This document shows, one piece after another, positions 37,643 through 47,938 of a stretch of 64,000 bases of DNA. Both the position numbers and the translations under genes were made by a program. Source of the stretch: Planctomycetota bacterium (lineage in GTDB: Bacteria; Planctomycetota; PLA2; JAEUHO01); NCBI GenBank assembly GCA_965223505.1, contig CBDCWP010000043.1:1-64000 (forward strand), read 5' to 3'. The number at the start of each line of letters is the position of its first letter. Position 1 is the first letter of the stretch. A model generated the notes under the pieces. The model saw nothing but the letters and a program-made list of their open reading frames with translations. It did not search any database and had not been told where the DNA came from.

Positions 37643-38638
37643 ATGCCCAGTCTGCCGCGCGTCCTCTGTCTGCTTTCGTTCTGCGTCCTCGCCGTGGCCA
37701 CGGCCTCCGCCGGAGACGACGTCCCGACCCGCGAAGCCATCGAACGTGACCTGAAGGTCGAAGCCTCCCTGTCGTCGCCCGCCAGCGTGCAGCCCGGCGA
37801 GCCCGTTCGTGTGACGTCCCGCATCGTCAATCGCTCCAAGACCGCTTCCTACAAGCTGGTCAAGCCGGGCGACGGGTCCGAGTCCGGCTGGCGCGAGCCA
37901 CACGTCTTCTTCACCGCGACGACCGTCGACCCGCGCGGCGTCCGCACGCCCGTTCCCGCTTTGGATATCTTGCGCTGCGGGCTGCACGACCCCAACTGGC
38001 ACGACGAGGTCGTCACCCTCGCGCCCGGCGCGGTGCTCGAGCTCACCGACTGGATGCCGGCCGCGAACCTCGCACTCGACTTCCAACAGCAAGGGTCCGT
38101 CGAGCTTCGCCTTCACTACAAGTACGCGCGCGGCAACGTTTCCAAGGGCGCCATCGTCGACGCACCCGCCGGGACCGGGCCGATGGGCGACACGCCCGCG
38201 TTCGAGCTCGTCTCGAAGCCCGTACGCTTCAACGTCGTTCGCTACGTCGACATTCGTCTCGAAGTCACCGGCAAGCTCGAGGTCGGCAAGGAGGCCCTGC
38301 TCTCCGACGCCGTGCGCCTTCACGTGAAGAACCTGAGCGCGGATCCTGTTTCCGTCTCCAGCGCCGAGATCTTCGTTCAGGTCGTGCCTGCCATCGGGTC
38401 CGGCGATCTGTTCTCCGTCTTCGAGCGAATCGCGCCTACGGTCGAGCGCAAGACCGTCCCGCTCGCGGGCAGCGCGACCCGAATGTGGGACGGGACGCCG
38501 GCATGGAACGAACTCGCGGACGTTCGAATGACGCCGGCCAAGCCCGGCAGCATCGAGATCGAGGCCATGTGGTCGCCCACCGGCGGGAAGGCGCGGTATC
38601 GCAGCGCCCGCGTCGAGGTCGAGATCGTTCGCCCCTGA
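37643..38638 (+). CDS. Exported hypothetical protein
   Basis: Signal peptide ending ATASA; host-like codon usage. Confidence 0.65.
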   Translation: MPSLPRVLCLLSFCVLAVATASAGDDVPTREAIERDLKVEASLSSPASVQPGEPVRVTSRIVNRSKTASYKLVKPGDGSESGWREPHVFFTATTVDPRGVRTPVPALDILRCGLHDPNWHDEVVTLAPGAVLELTDWMPAANLALDFQQQGSVELRLHYKYARGNVSKGAIVDAPAGTGPMGDTPAFELVSKPVRFNVVRYVDIRLEVTGKLEVGKEALLSDAVRLHVKNLSADPVSVSSAEIFVQVVPAIGSGDLFSVFERIAPTVERKTVPLAGSATRMWDGTPAWNELADVRMTPAKPGSIEIEAMWSPTGGKARYRSARVEVEIVRP

Positions 38639-38708
38639 CCAAGGCCTACCTCGCGGCGGATGCCGAACGCCACCGCCCCGTCGCCGACGCTCTAGAATGC
38701 GCGCTCCC

Positions 38709-39506
38709 ATGCAATACGACGAGCTCAGGCCGACATCCGCCTTGCTCCGGCCGTACGTGCGCTCCCTCTGGTCGCTTCGAAGCGCAGCGGGCCGCGTCGA
38801 ACGCATCTCGCCCGACGGCTGCGTCGAGCTCGTGGTTCATCTCGGCGAACGGTCGGTTCGGCTGCAAGGTGGTGCCGAGTCGGCGAATCGCTGCGCCGTC
38901 GTCGGGCAAGCACGCGCGCCGCTCGCCGTGCGGCTTCCGGGCAACGTGGACACCCTGGGCGTTCGCTTCGAGCCCGCCGGCGCAAGCGCGTTCTTTCGTC
39001 CGGCGATGGGGGAGTTGACCGACGCGTCGTGGCCGCTGGACGCGCTCTGGCCCGGCAGCACCGGGCCTTTGCTCGAGACGCTCGCCACCTGCGCCCGTCA
39101 ACAGCGCTTCGCCTGCCTCGAGTCGACGCTCCTCGCCCGCATGCGAACCTCCGGTTCGGTTCGGGCCGTTACAGCCTGCGTGCAAAGGATTACGGCAAGC
39201 GGCGGCCGCGTTCGCATCGACGACCTCGCCTCCGAGGTCGGCTCGAGCCCGCGGTCGATCCAGCGCGCCTTCGTGCGGCGCGTGGGCATCGGGCCGAAGC
39301 TCCTCGCGCGTATCACACGCTTCCAATCCGCGGTTCGGCGACTTCGCGACGATGCGCCCGGAAGCTGGTGCCACTTCGCGCTGGATCACGGGTACGCCGA
39401 CCAGTCCCACCTCATTCGTGAGTTCCAGGCGTTCGGCGGACTCTCACCGCGCCGCTATCTCGGCACACGCTGCGAGCTCAACGCCCGGCGTATCGCTGGC
39501 GTTTGA
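38709..39506 (+). CDS. AraC family transcriptional regulator
   Basis: PDGCVEL; S.R..QR.F...VGI.PK...RI.RF; GYADQSHLIREF. Confidence 0.9.
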   Translation: MQYDELRPTSALLRPYVRSLWSLRSAAGRVERISPDGCVELVVHLGERSVRLQGGAESANRCAVVGQARAPLAVRLPGNVDTLGVRFEPAGASAFFRPAMGELTDASWPLDALWPGSTGPLLETLATCARQQRFACLESTLLARMRTSGSVRAVTACVQRITASGGRVRIDDLASEVGSSPRSIQRAFVRRVGIGPKLLARITRFQSAVRRLRDDAPGSWCHFALDHGYADQSHLIREFQAFGGLSPRRYLGTRCELNARRIAGV

Positions 39507-40029
39507 ACCGAAACGTCTGGCCGACGCCGAGCGCGCCCTCTTCTTCGATCGGCTGGAGCCGTACGAGCAGCTCGTCTTCGGCCGTACGCTCGTAGGAGAT
39601 CTGCGAGGTCGCGCTCCGGAAGACGGCCTTGCGTTTCGCCGTGTCGGCGAGCTTCCACGCCTTGACCTGCTCCTCCTCGCCCTTCCACGACACCAGCTGC
39701 GGCGTGAAGTGCCGGAGTCGAAGCGACACGTCTTCGCCGTCGCGTTGCAACGCGAAGACCTCGTAGAACAGCGTCTGCTCACCCTTGGTGATGCGAAACG
39801 CGCCGAATTGCGTGCCCGCGCGGGGGTCGGACCAATACTCGTCGCACTCTGTCTCGCCGCTCGTCATGCGCCACGTGCCGGCCAGCCACGCGAACCCGAC
39901 CGACGGGGCCGGTCGGGCCTCGTCCGACGCCGGCGCACCGCCTCCGTCGGTCGCGGGTTCCTCCGCGTTGCTCAAACCACAGGTGATGCCGATCCCGGTC
40001 AGGACGACGACAAAGATGATTGCTCGCAT
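39478..40029 (-). CDS. Exported protein, DUF6265-like
   Basis: Signal peptide; AWLAG.W, E.WS.P, LFYE, LRLRHF. Confidence 0.6.
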   Translation of the reverse strand: MRAIIFVVVLTGIGITCGLSNAEEPATDGGGAPASDEARPAPSVGFAWLAGTWRMTSGETECDEYWSDPRAGTQFGAFRITKGEQTLFYEVFALQRDGEDVSLRLRHFTPQLVSWKGEEEQVKAWKLADTAKRKAVFRSATSQISYERTAEDELLVRLQPIEEEGALGVGQTFRFKRQRYAGR

Positions 40030-40122
40030 GGCTACCTCCGTTTCGTGGCAGCCCTGATAGACGGGACCGGGTCTGCCGTATTGAAGGAATGCGACAACCC
40101 TCGTGTTCGCCGCTCGGCGACC

Positions 40123-40593
40123 TTAGTTCAACGCCACGATGGTCCCGTTCAAGACCGCCGCGAACGTCACCCACGCCAGGTACGGGACGAGCAACACGCC
40201 GGCGTTCCGGTCCAGTCGGAAGAACGCCACCAGCGTAGCCGTGAGCACGGCCCACAACCCAATCAGGATCACCAGCGCCGCCGTGATCGCATGCGCGCGG
40301 AAGAACACCGGCGACCACACCGCGTTGAGAACCAGCTGGGTGCCGAACAGAAGGAGCGCCACGCGCGCGCTCGGCTTCGATGACAGGAGACGCCAAACAC
40401 GCCAGGCGGCAATGCCCATCAACGCATAGAGCAGCGTCCACACCGGTCCGAACACCCAGCCCGGCGGCTGGAACGAGGGCTTGGCAAGCTCCTGGTACCA
40501 AGGCGAGCTTCCCGTCTCCGTCGTGAGCGCACCGATCACGCCTGCCAGCTGGCAGGCGATGACGAAGACCAGCGCGCCTCGCCAGGAACGCAC
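40123..40593 (-). CDS. tspO: TspO/MBR tryptophan-rich sensory protein
   Basis: WY..L.KPSF.PP.WVFGPVWT.LY.LMG and PYLAWV.FA..LN. Confidence 0.93.
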   Translation of the reverse strand: MRSWRGALVFVIACQLAGVIGALTTETGSSPWYQELAKPSFQPPGWVFGPVWTLLYALMGIAAWRVWRLLSSKPSARVALLLFGTQLVLNAVWSPVFFRAHAITAALVILIGLWAVLTATLVAFFRLDRNAGVLLVPYLAWVTFAAVLNGTIVALN

Positions 40594-40597
40594 CGGT

Positions 40598-40825
40598 CTA
40601 CCGATTCCGGCGGAACACCAGCAGCGCCGTTCCCACCGCGACCGCCGCGACGCCCGCCCACAACGGGACGTTCACCCGGCGACGCTGCTCGACCTCGATC
40701 TTGATCGGGCCGAGCTCCGCCTGCGTCTCCTCCGTCGTGTACCAGAACCCGCCGTAGATGACGGCAAGGAGCCCCAGGGCAACCAGGATTACCGCAACGA
40801 CCTTCGTGACGTTGTTCGATCCCAT
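40598..40825 (-). CDS. Small two-TM membrane protein
   Basis: Two hydrophobic helices around a LGPI..EV...VNVPLW loop. Confidence 0.65.
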   Translation of the reverse strand: MGSNNVTKVVAVILVALGLLAVIYGGFWYTTEETQAELGPIKIEVEQRRRVNVPLWAGVAAVAVGTALLVFRRNR

Positions 40826-40849
40826 CGCGGACGGCTCCCTTTCGAAGCG

Positions 40850-41128
40850 CTACTCCAACGCCTCTTTGAGCTTCGCCTTGAAAACGTCCCACTTGACCAC
40901 GGCGCTCTCTTTCAACGCCGCGGCCTTCTCCTCGGTCGCCGTCTCCAGCCCCTCGAACGCGCTCACGGCCTCGTCGAATGCGCGCTGAAGGTCCTCCGCA
41001 ATCGCGTCCTTCTTGTCGCGCAGCTCGAGCTTGAGCACCCCCGCGCTCGCTCGGAGTCGCTCGAGCTGAGCGCGGCCCTTCTCCATCTCCTTCGAGATCG
41101 TTTCACGCAGTCCTTCGAACATGACCAC
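40850..41128 (-). CDS. Small coiled-coil hypothetical protein
   Basis: Charged helical 92-aa ORF with RBS, co-oriented with neighbours. Confidence 0.55.
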   Translation of the reverse strand: MVMFEGLRETISKEMEKGRAQLERLRASAGVLKLELRDKKDAIAEDLQRAFDEAVSAFEGLETATEEKAAALKESAVVKWDVFKAKLKEALE

Positions 41129-41254
41129 CTTCTCCTTCCGCCTTCGATCAGCGGACCTCGTTTTAGGGCCCGTGGATGATAGGCGTTTGCTCGACCCGTT
41201 CGGAACCGTCGCCCCGGTCGTGTCCAGGTATTCGCGATCGACCTCGCCCGCGCA

Positions 41255-41722
41255 TCACGGGCTCAGCTCGTCCTGCCCGACGAGCGCAAGACCCGCATTC
41301 GCAAGCGCCCGGGACGCCACGTCCAGGTCCTCGACGTGCAGCGCGAGCACCGGATGGCCCGCCACCGGCGTCACGAGCGAGAAGACGTACTCGATGCGCA
41401 CCTCGGCCGACAGCAGCGCCGACAACACGCGACGAATGCCGACCTCCGGCTCGTCGCCCGCCGACAACAGGACGCCCAGCAGCTCCGATCGAAAGACCTT
41501 GAAGCCGGCGGTCTCCAAGGCCAGCTGCGCAACCGCCGGCCGATCGACCACCAAGCGTGCGACCGCGTGATCCGCGGCGGACAAGATCGAGATCGCACAG
41601 ATGCGAATGTCGTCGGCGCTGAGCGCGCGCTCGATGGCAGCCAGCTCTATCGTGCGGTTCTCGATGAACACCGAGAGCTGTTGGATTCGCCGGCCGTGTT
41701 GATGCGTCGACGCAACGGTCAT
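41255..41722 (-). CDS. ACT domain pair protein
   Basis: IQQLSVFIENR, I.AISI, RLVVD.P, IEYVFS. Confidence 0.8.
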   Translation of the reverse strand: MTVASTHQHGRRIQQLSVFIENRTIELAAIERALSADDIRICAISILSAADHAVARLVVDRPAVAQLALETAGFKVFRSELLGVLLSAGDEPEVGIRRVLSALLSAEVRIEYVFSLVTPVAGHPVLALHVEDLDVASRALANAGLALVGQDELSP

Positions 41723-41796
41723 GAGCGCCCCGTTCTTCTACGCGCCGCCGGCGTGACGCGCGAAGGCGCCACGCCGGCCGGCACTCCGATCGGTTC

Positions 41797-43272
41797 CTAC
41801 CTCATCGGAACCACGATGTAGCGCGAACCCCGCTGATCCAGCACGCGCAACAGCACCTGCTTCAGCGTGCGATCCGCGGCGACGGCCTTGTGGAACGCCG
41901 CCGGGTCGTTGACCGGCTGGCGATCGACCTCCAGGATCACCTGACCCGCCTCGAGCCCCACGAGCGCCGCCGGGCTCGCGGGTGTTACGCGACGGATGAG
42001 AACACCGCGCGTGATGTCCACGCCCAGCTGCTTCGCCGCCGTACGCGTCATCGGCTCGACCGAGATTCCGAGATCGGTTGCCGGCGTCGCAATGGCGGCG
42101 TCGCCTGCGCCCGAAAGCGCGGGACGCGTTCCGAGCGACACCGTCAGCGTGCGCCGCCCGCCGTTGCGAATGATCTCGAGCTCGACGTTCGAGCCCGGCT
42201 TGCGCAACGCGATCTCGTTGCGAAGCATGCCGGAGTCACGGATGAGCATGTCGTCCAGGCCGATCACGATGTCGCCGGGCAGCACGCCGGCCTTCCCGGC
42301 AGGCGACCCTTCGTTCACGTCCGCGATGACGGCGCCGCGTGCCTCGTCGCTCCCGAAGGAGCTGGCCAGCTCCGGCGTCAGATCCTGGACCGTCACGCCC
42401 AGGAAGCCGCGCACGACCGAGCCGCCGTCCTCGAGCTGCTTGCGGATCGCCTTGGCGAAGTTGATCGGAATCGCGAACCCGATGCCCATGTTGCCGCCGC
42501 TGCGGCTGTAGATGGCCGCGTTGATGCCCACGACCTCTCCGTGCAGGTTGAGCAAGGGGCCGCCGGAGTTGCCCGGGTTGATCGCCGCGTCCGTCTGGAT
42601 GAAGTTCTCGTAGTTCGCAAGGCCGACGTGCGTGCGTCCCTTCGCGCTGACGATGCCGGACGTCACCGTTTCGCTCAGCCCGAACGGGTTGCCGACCGCC
42701 ACGACCAACTCGCCGACGCGCAGCCGGCTGCTGTCGCCCAGCGGGAGATGGGGCAGCTTCTCGCCCTCGATGCGAATCAAGGCGACGTCCGACTCGGGGT
42801 CGGCGCCGACGAGCTCCGCCTCCAGCTTGCGTCCGTCATGCAGCCGCACGTGGATGTGCTCGGCATCGTCGACCACGTGGTTGTTCGTCATGATCAAGCC
42901 GTCCGAAGACACCAGGAAGCCCGAGCCCTGGCCCCGGCGAAATCGATGCGGGCTCGGCTGCGGCGTCGGCTGGTGCGGCAGCTTCTCGAAGAACCGTTCG
43001 AACGGGCTGTCACGGAAGAAGTCGAACGGATCCTCCATCATGAACCGGTCGAGCGGCAGCGGCGTCTCGACCGCCTTCGACTCGACGCTCACGTACACGA
43101 CGGCGGGAACGGCCTTCTCGGCGACGCGCGAGAAGCTCGCGCTCAGGGCCTGCGCGATGCTCAGATCCGACGACGCGCTTTCGTCATCCGTGCGGTCGTT
43201 GCCGAACGCAGGGACGGCGACGGCGAACAGCGCGATCAGGCCCGCGATCACGCCCAGGTTTCTGTACAACAT
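41797..43272 (-). CDS. DegP/DegQ (HtrA) serine endoprotease with two PDZ domains
   Basis: GSGF, TNNHVV, SDVAL, FIQTDAAINPGNSGGPL. Confidence 0.95.
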   Translation of the reverse strand: MLYRNLGVIAGLIALFAVAVPAFGNDRTDDESASSDLSIAQALSASFSRVAEKAVPAVVYVSVESKAVETPLPLDRFMMEDPFDFFRDSPFERFFEKLPHQPTPQPSPHRFRRGQGSGFLVSSDGLIMTNNHVVDDAEHIHVRLHDGRKLEAELVGADPESDVALIRIEGEKLPHLPLGDSSRLRVGELVVAVGNPFGLSETVTSGIVSAKGRTHVGLANYENFIQTDAAINPGNSGGPLLNLHGEVVGINAAIYSRSGGNMGIGFAIPINFAKAIRKQLEDGGSVVRGFLGVTVQDLTPELASSFGSDEARGAVIADVNEGSPAGKAGVLPGDIVIGLDDMLIRDSGMLRNEIALRKPGSNVELEIIRNGGRRTLTVSLGTRPALSGAGDAAIATPATDLGISVEPMTRTAAKQLGVDITRGVLIRRVTPASPAALVGLEAGQVILEVDRQPVNDPAAFHKAVAADRTLKQVLLRVLDQRGSRYIVVPMR

Positions 43273-43443
43273 GGCATTACTCCTTTCTTTGTTGGGATGA
43301 CGATGAAATGCGCACGTCCGCCGCGGTCGTGATCCACACGGGCGAGTGCGACGCCGGGCGAGCAGTTCGCGGCGAGACGTGCGCGGGTGTGCGGTGAGGG
43401 ATGGGCGGCGGCAGTGACGGCGCCGCCGCCGCGAGCAGGTTGC

Positions 43444-43890
43444 CTACTTGCCCTTGATCTCGATGCGCTTCGGCATCACCTCGGCGACCTTCGGCAGAAC
43501 GATGTGCAGCTGGCCGTGCTCAGCGCTCGCCTTCACCTTGTCCCCGTCCACGGGAACGGGGAGGCGCAACGCGCGATGGAAGGCGCCGCCGGCGCGCTCG
43601 AAGCGGTACCAGCGGGTGTCGTCCTGCGCCTGCGGGCGCTCGCGCTGACCCGAGATCTCGAGCCGGTCCTTCTGGATCGAGAGGTCGATGTCCTTCGGGT
43701 CGATGCCGGGCAGATCGATGAGGACCTCGATCGCCTCGGGCGTCTCGACGACGTCCATCGGCGGGATCCAGGTTTCACTCGTCAATCCGGCACCCGTGCC
43801 GAGATCGAAAAGGCTGTCGAACAGACGGTTCACGCGCATGGGAACAGCGGCGAGACCGTTGCTGTCGCGTTTGGATGCGATCAGGTTCAT
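43444..43890 (-). CDS. Hsp20 small heat-shock protein
   Basis: W.PPMDV.E, DLPGI, I.G.R, ER..G.F.R...LP, G.L.I.LPK. Confidence 0.92.
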   Translation of the reverse strand: MNLIASKRDSNGLAAVPMRVNRLFDSLFDLGTGAGLTSETWIPPMDVVETPEAIEVLIDLPGIDPKDIDLSIQKDRLEISGQRERPQAQDDTRWYRFERAGGAFHRALRLPVPVDGDKVKASAEHGQLHIVLPKVAEVMPKRIEIKGK

Positions 43891-43960
43891 CGGAGTCCTC
43901 CAATCTTGCATGTTGGTTGTTCGATGGGCGGCGGGACCGGCCCGCCGAGAACCCGGCATC

Positions 43961-43975
43961 GCAACGAATGTGCCA
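43961..43975 (-). promoter_or_regulatory. Sigma-54 promoter of hsp20-degP
   Basis: Minus strand TGGCAC-ATTCG-TTGC, an exact -24/-12 consensus. Confidence 0.8.
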
Positions 43976-44030
43976 GACACGGTCACGCCTCGTCCGATGC
44001 GTGCCGCTCGGACGCGCGGACCGCACGGGA

Positions 44031-44076
44031 CTGTCAATCTGGCAAACCGGCGAATCCGGCGTCTGTCGATCTGGCA
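44031..44076. promoter_or_regulatory. Paired upstream activator sites (putative enhancer-binding protein sites)
   Basis: CTGTCAATCTGGCA (44031-44) and CTGTCGATCTGGCA (44063-76), each an imperfect palindrome, 32 bp apart. Confidence 0.6.
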
Positions 44077-44107
44077 GATGGGCGCTGCTGCCCCCGCTGC
44101 GCGCCCC

Positions 44108-44791
44108 TTACCCGGGCGTTGCGCCCCGCGCCTGCTTGAACGACGTCAGCCACGTGTACAGCGCGCCGCCCGGGCACTCCGTGGCCTTGAAGTCGCGGTG
44201 TCCGTGAAGCTCGCCGATCGGCACCCGGTACCGCGCGAGCTGCTGCGTCAGGAACAGCTCGACGGTCGCGAGCTGGCCGGCGGGGGGGAGCGCCTCCGTG
44301 AAGTCGCCGACCACGCTGATGCCGAGGTTGTGCTCGTTGTTCGAGCCGCCGGCGTGCGCGCCCTGAACGCTCAAGAAGCGGCCTTCGTAGACGTTGCCGT
44401 CCCGGCCGATCAACCAGTGGTAGCCGATGTCCGCCCAGCCGCGCAGGTTGCGGTGCAGGTTCTGCACGCCCTTGACCAACTCCAGGTCGGTCCGCGTCTG
44501 CATCTCCGGAAGCTCGGCGGTGTGGTGCAGCGTGATCCGTGAGATCCCGCCCATCGGGTCGTGGTTGTCCTTGAGCGACTCGGCGCCCCAGTCCGATCGC
44601 CGGAACACCCGGTATGTGGGCTTCGCCGGTGGGCGCGGCGGCTTCGGCGCCGACGCCGTGCGGACGGCGCGCGTGGGCGTGATGGGGATCGGCGCACAAG
44701 CGCCCATGGCGGCAGCGCCGGCCATCGCCAGCATCGCGCGCCGGGACAGTCCCCGCGGCGGGAACGCGTGTTCGGGAATCCGCTCGCACAT
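44108..44791 (-). CDS. N-acetylmuramoyl-L-alanine amidase (Amidase_2/PGRP), Tat signal
   Basis: SRRAML; ITLHHTA, GWADIGYHWLI..DG.VYEGR, GAHA, GHRD...TECPG. Confidence 0.9.
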   Translation of the reverse strand: MCERIPEHAFPPRGLSRRAMLAMAGAAAMGACAPIPITPTRAVRTASAPKPPRPPAKPTYRVFRRSDWGAESLKDNHDPMGGISRITLHHTAELPEMQTRTDLELVKGVQNLHRNLRGWADIGYHWLIGRDGNVYEGRFLSVQGAHAGGSNNEHNLGISVVGDFTEALPPAGQLATVELFLTQQLARYRVPIGELHGHRDFKATECPGGALYTWLTSFKQARGATPG

Positions 44792-44885
44792 CGTGGCGCC
44801 ACTGTCGCATCGGGGTGCGACGGGCGCGCGGAGCCCGGCGGCGAACGCCTCCGGGTGCTACGATCCTCACTTGGAGGACGCAGTG

Positions 44886-46610
44886 ATGAAGTTGCACGTT
44901 GTCCTGGTTGGTCTCGCCGTCCTCGCTGCGTCCCTGGGGGCCGGACCCAGCGCCGACGCCTGAATCCGTTGGAGGCGACCGATGGGGCCCGTGCGGTCCC
45001 TGGAGAGCGAGCCGACGAGTACGAACGTCGACGCCACGACGTGGGAGTCGTGGTGGGAGCTCAACCGCATCGAGTACTTCGCTCGCAGCGACGCCGGCCG
45101 TCCCGTCGAGACGGCGTCTCCCGACGCCGCCCTGCTCGACGGCAAGGCGATCGAGGACCGTGTCTGGCCGCACCTACTGAAGACCGCGAAGGGGAAGAAC
45201 GTCTTCGTCGCCGAGGCCGCGCTCGTCGCTCTCGGTCGCGTCGCGACGACCGAGCCTCGGCGCGCCTCCGCACGAGGCGTTCTCCTGCAGAGCCTGTCCC
45301 ATCGCAATCACTTGATCGCGAGGTGCTCCTCGATTGGTCTCCGGCATGTCGCCGACGATGCGTCGATCGAAGCGATGTTCGACGCCGTGACGAAGACGAA
45401 GCTGATGGACGTGAAGGCCTTCGTCGTCCTGGCTCTGGCGGCCCTCGAGCCGGAAGAGGCGGCTCCCGTTCTGCGCAAGCTCGCCGAGACCGCCGGGGCG
45501 TCACGGGAAGAGCAGGAGCTGGTTGCGGCGGCACTGATCGGACTCGCGATGTCAGGTGGGGGACGCGACGCGTCGGTGTATCTCGAGTCGTACGCGTTCG
45601 AACGCGAGAAGGTCGACGACAAGGTCCGCGCCGTCGCCGTCGAGGCGCTGGGCCGGCTTACGGATCCGACGCTCGTGGCGAAGCCGCTTCTTCGCGCGCT
45701 CGACGATCCGTGCGTCGAAGTGCGTCGCGCCGGCGCCGTGGCACTCGGCCGGCTTGCGTTCGAAGCGAGCGACGCGACCGAGTTGAAGTCCGTTCGGGCT
45801 CGACTTGCCGGCGTGCTCGACGACGACGCCGATGCGTTCGCTCGTCGGATGGCCGCGATCAGTCTCGGTCGACTGGCGGGCGTCGGCGACGGTGGCGAAG
45901 CGAGCGTTGCCGTGTTGAAGAAGACGTTGGCGGAAGGGCAAGTCGGCATGCGCGAGTACGCGTTGCTGGCCCTCGCACTCGCGGGTGCCCCCGACGTCGT
46001 CGATCTCGCTACGAAGTCGCTCCTCAGCGCGAACCCCTCGACCAGAAGCGCCGCGTCGATCGCCCTCGGCCTCGCTGGGATGCGTGGCCGCAAGGTGGGG
46101 CGCCTCGACGCGAAAGCCGTCCAGCGGGCGGATCAGCGGCTAGGTCAAGTGCTTGCCGAGGAACTCCATCCACATGTTCGCGCGTATGCCGCTCTCGCGA
46201 CCGGCATGATCGGCGGACCGAGTAGCGCGGGCCGCATCAAGCAGGCTATGCGCAAGGCCGAGACGCCCGAGGAGCGCGCCTACGGCTTGCTGGCACTGGC
46301 GCTGACCGCGGATCGGGATGCCGCCGACGAGGTTCTGAAGTACATGCGTCCCGAGATGATGCGCAACGGCTTCGTAGCTTCCCATGCGATCTACGCACTG
46401 GGGCTGACCAAGGACCGGCGCGCGAGTGTGTTCGACGCGCTCATGGAGCGCGCGACAAATCCCTCCGACATGTACGTGCAGGCCGCGTCGATCACGGCGC
46501 TCGGCTACCTCGCGAGCCGCGAGCGTTATCCGCAACGGCATCTTGTTGGCGCGGGGTACAGCTACACGCTCTGGTTCGACGTTCTCGATGTCTACTTCTA
46601 CATGATCTGA
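44886..46610 (+). CDS. Exported HEAT-repeat protein with in-frame TGA at codon 26 (candidate selenoprotein)
   Basis: GGAGG RBS, ATG 44886, signal peptide ..SADA, TGA 44961-63, then the same frame as ORF 44982-46610 with HEAT repeats (VR..A..ALG.L). Confidence 0.7.
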
Positions 46611-46792
46611 GCGCGAGAGTGGCGCGGGCGAGCGCGGTCGGGCCAGTGATCGTGCTTGCCCTCGTCCTACTCCATCGCGCGCACGCGGTACACACGGGCC
46701 AGCTCCGAGAGGCTGCAACTGGATCCCGACCCGGCGGTCCTTCGGCGCGCGGATCACCGCGTTCGGCCGTTCGTTTCGGGTAGAACGTCGCC

Positions 46793-47938
46793 GTGGAAGC
46801 CCCCGCCGACGTTTCGCTCCGTACACGGCTCGACGCCTCCGACGTGGACTGGATCGTCGAGCGGCACGGCGCGTTTCACTGCAAGGAGCTCGGGTTCGAC
46901 GCGTCGTTCCTGGACTACGTCGAACGTCCGCTGCGCGAGGCCCTCGAGCGCGCCGAGCCGAACGACCGCGTCTGGATCGCGGAGCTGGCGGGCGACCGGG
47001 TCGGCTCGATCGCCATGATCGCGAGCGACGCTCACACCGTGCAGCTTCGCTGGTTCCTCGTCGAAGCCTCGGTGCGCCGGCGCGGGATCGGTACGACGCT
47101 GCTCGAAGCGGCGCTTGGCTTCGCGCGCGAGCGCGGGTTCGCACGAGTGATGCTGTGGACGGTGCGCGCGTTGACGGACGCCGCTCGCCTGTACGAACGA
47201 CACGGATTGCGTCCGACGCTCATTCGATCCGGGCGGCAGTGGGGCGTCGACGTCGTCGAGGAGCGGTACGACCTCGAGCTCGACGAGCGCGCCGTGCTCG
47301 ACCGCGCCGAGATGGAGAGCGTTGCGCGGGGTTGGGGCCGCGTCGCGGACGCGTACGTCGAGGAGCTGTTCGACGAGCTCGAGCGAAAGCCCGCCGATCG
47401 CGAGCTGCTCGCCAGGTTCGCCGGCCGCGTGGAGCCGGGTGCGCTGGTGGGGGACGTGGGCTGCGGCCCCGGGCACGTTGCCAAGTTCCTGGCGGCGCAA
47501 GGGCTGCGAATGCAGGGCATCGACCTGTGTCCGGAGATGGTTGCCAAGGCCCGAGCGCTCGTTCCCGAAGCAGCGTTTCTTCAGGGCAACATGCTCGCGC
47601 TCGATCTGCCGCCCGGGACGTGGGGCGGATGCATCGCCTTCTATTCACTCATGAACCTCGTGCGCGACGACGTGTCCGTCGCATTGACCGAGATCGCCCG
47701 CGTCATGAGCGCCGGCGCGCCGTTGGCGGTCGCGGTACACCGCGGACGCAACGAGGTCCGGGTGGACGGGATCTTGGGGCGGCCGCTGCCGATGGTGGCG
47801 ACGCTGTTCGAGCCCGACGAGCTCGCGGCGCTCGTCGCCGACACCGGATTCACCGACATCGAAACGCGCTGCAGGCCGCCGTACGAATCGGAGTACCCGA
47901 GCGAGCGTCTCTACGTGCTGGCGCGGCGGTCCTCCTAG
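46793..47938 (+). CDS. GNAT acetyltransferase fused to class I SAM methyltransferase
   Basis: QLRWFLV....R.RGIG..L, A..LY...G; then DVGCGPGH, GIDL.PEMV. Confidence 0.85.
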   Translation: MEAPADVSLRTRLDASDVDWIVERHGAFHCKELGFDASFLDYVERPLREALERAEPNDRVWIAELAGDRVGSIAMIASDAHTVQLRWFLVEASVRRRGIGTTLLEAALGFARERGFARVMLWTVRALTDAARLYERHGLRPTLIRSGRQWGVDVVEERYDLELDERAVLDRAEMESVARGWGRVADAYVEELFDELERKPADRELLARFAGRVEPGALVGDVGCGPGHVAKFLAAQGLRMQGIDLCPEMVAKARALVPEAAFLQGNMLALDLPPGTWGGCIAFYSLMNLVRDDVSVALTEIARVMSAGAPLAVAVHRGRNEVRVDGILGRPLPMVATLFEPDELAALVADTGFTDIETRCRPPYESEYPSERLYVLARRSS

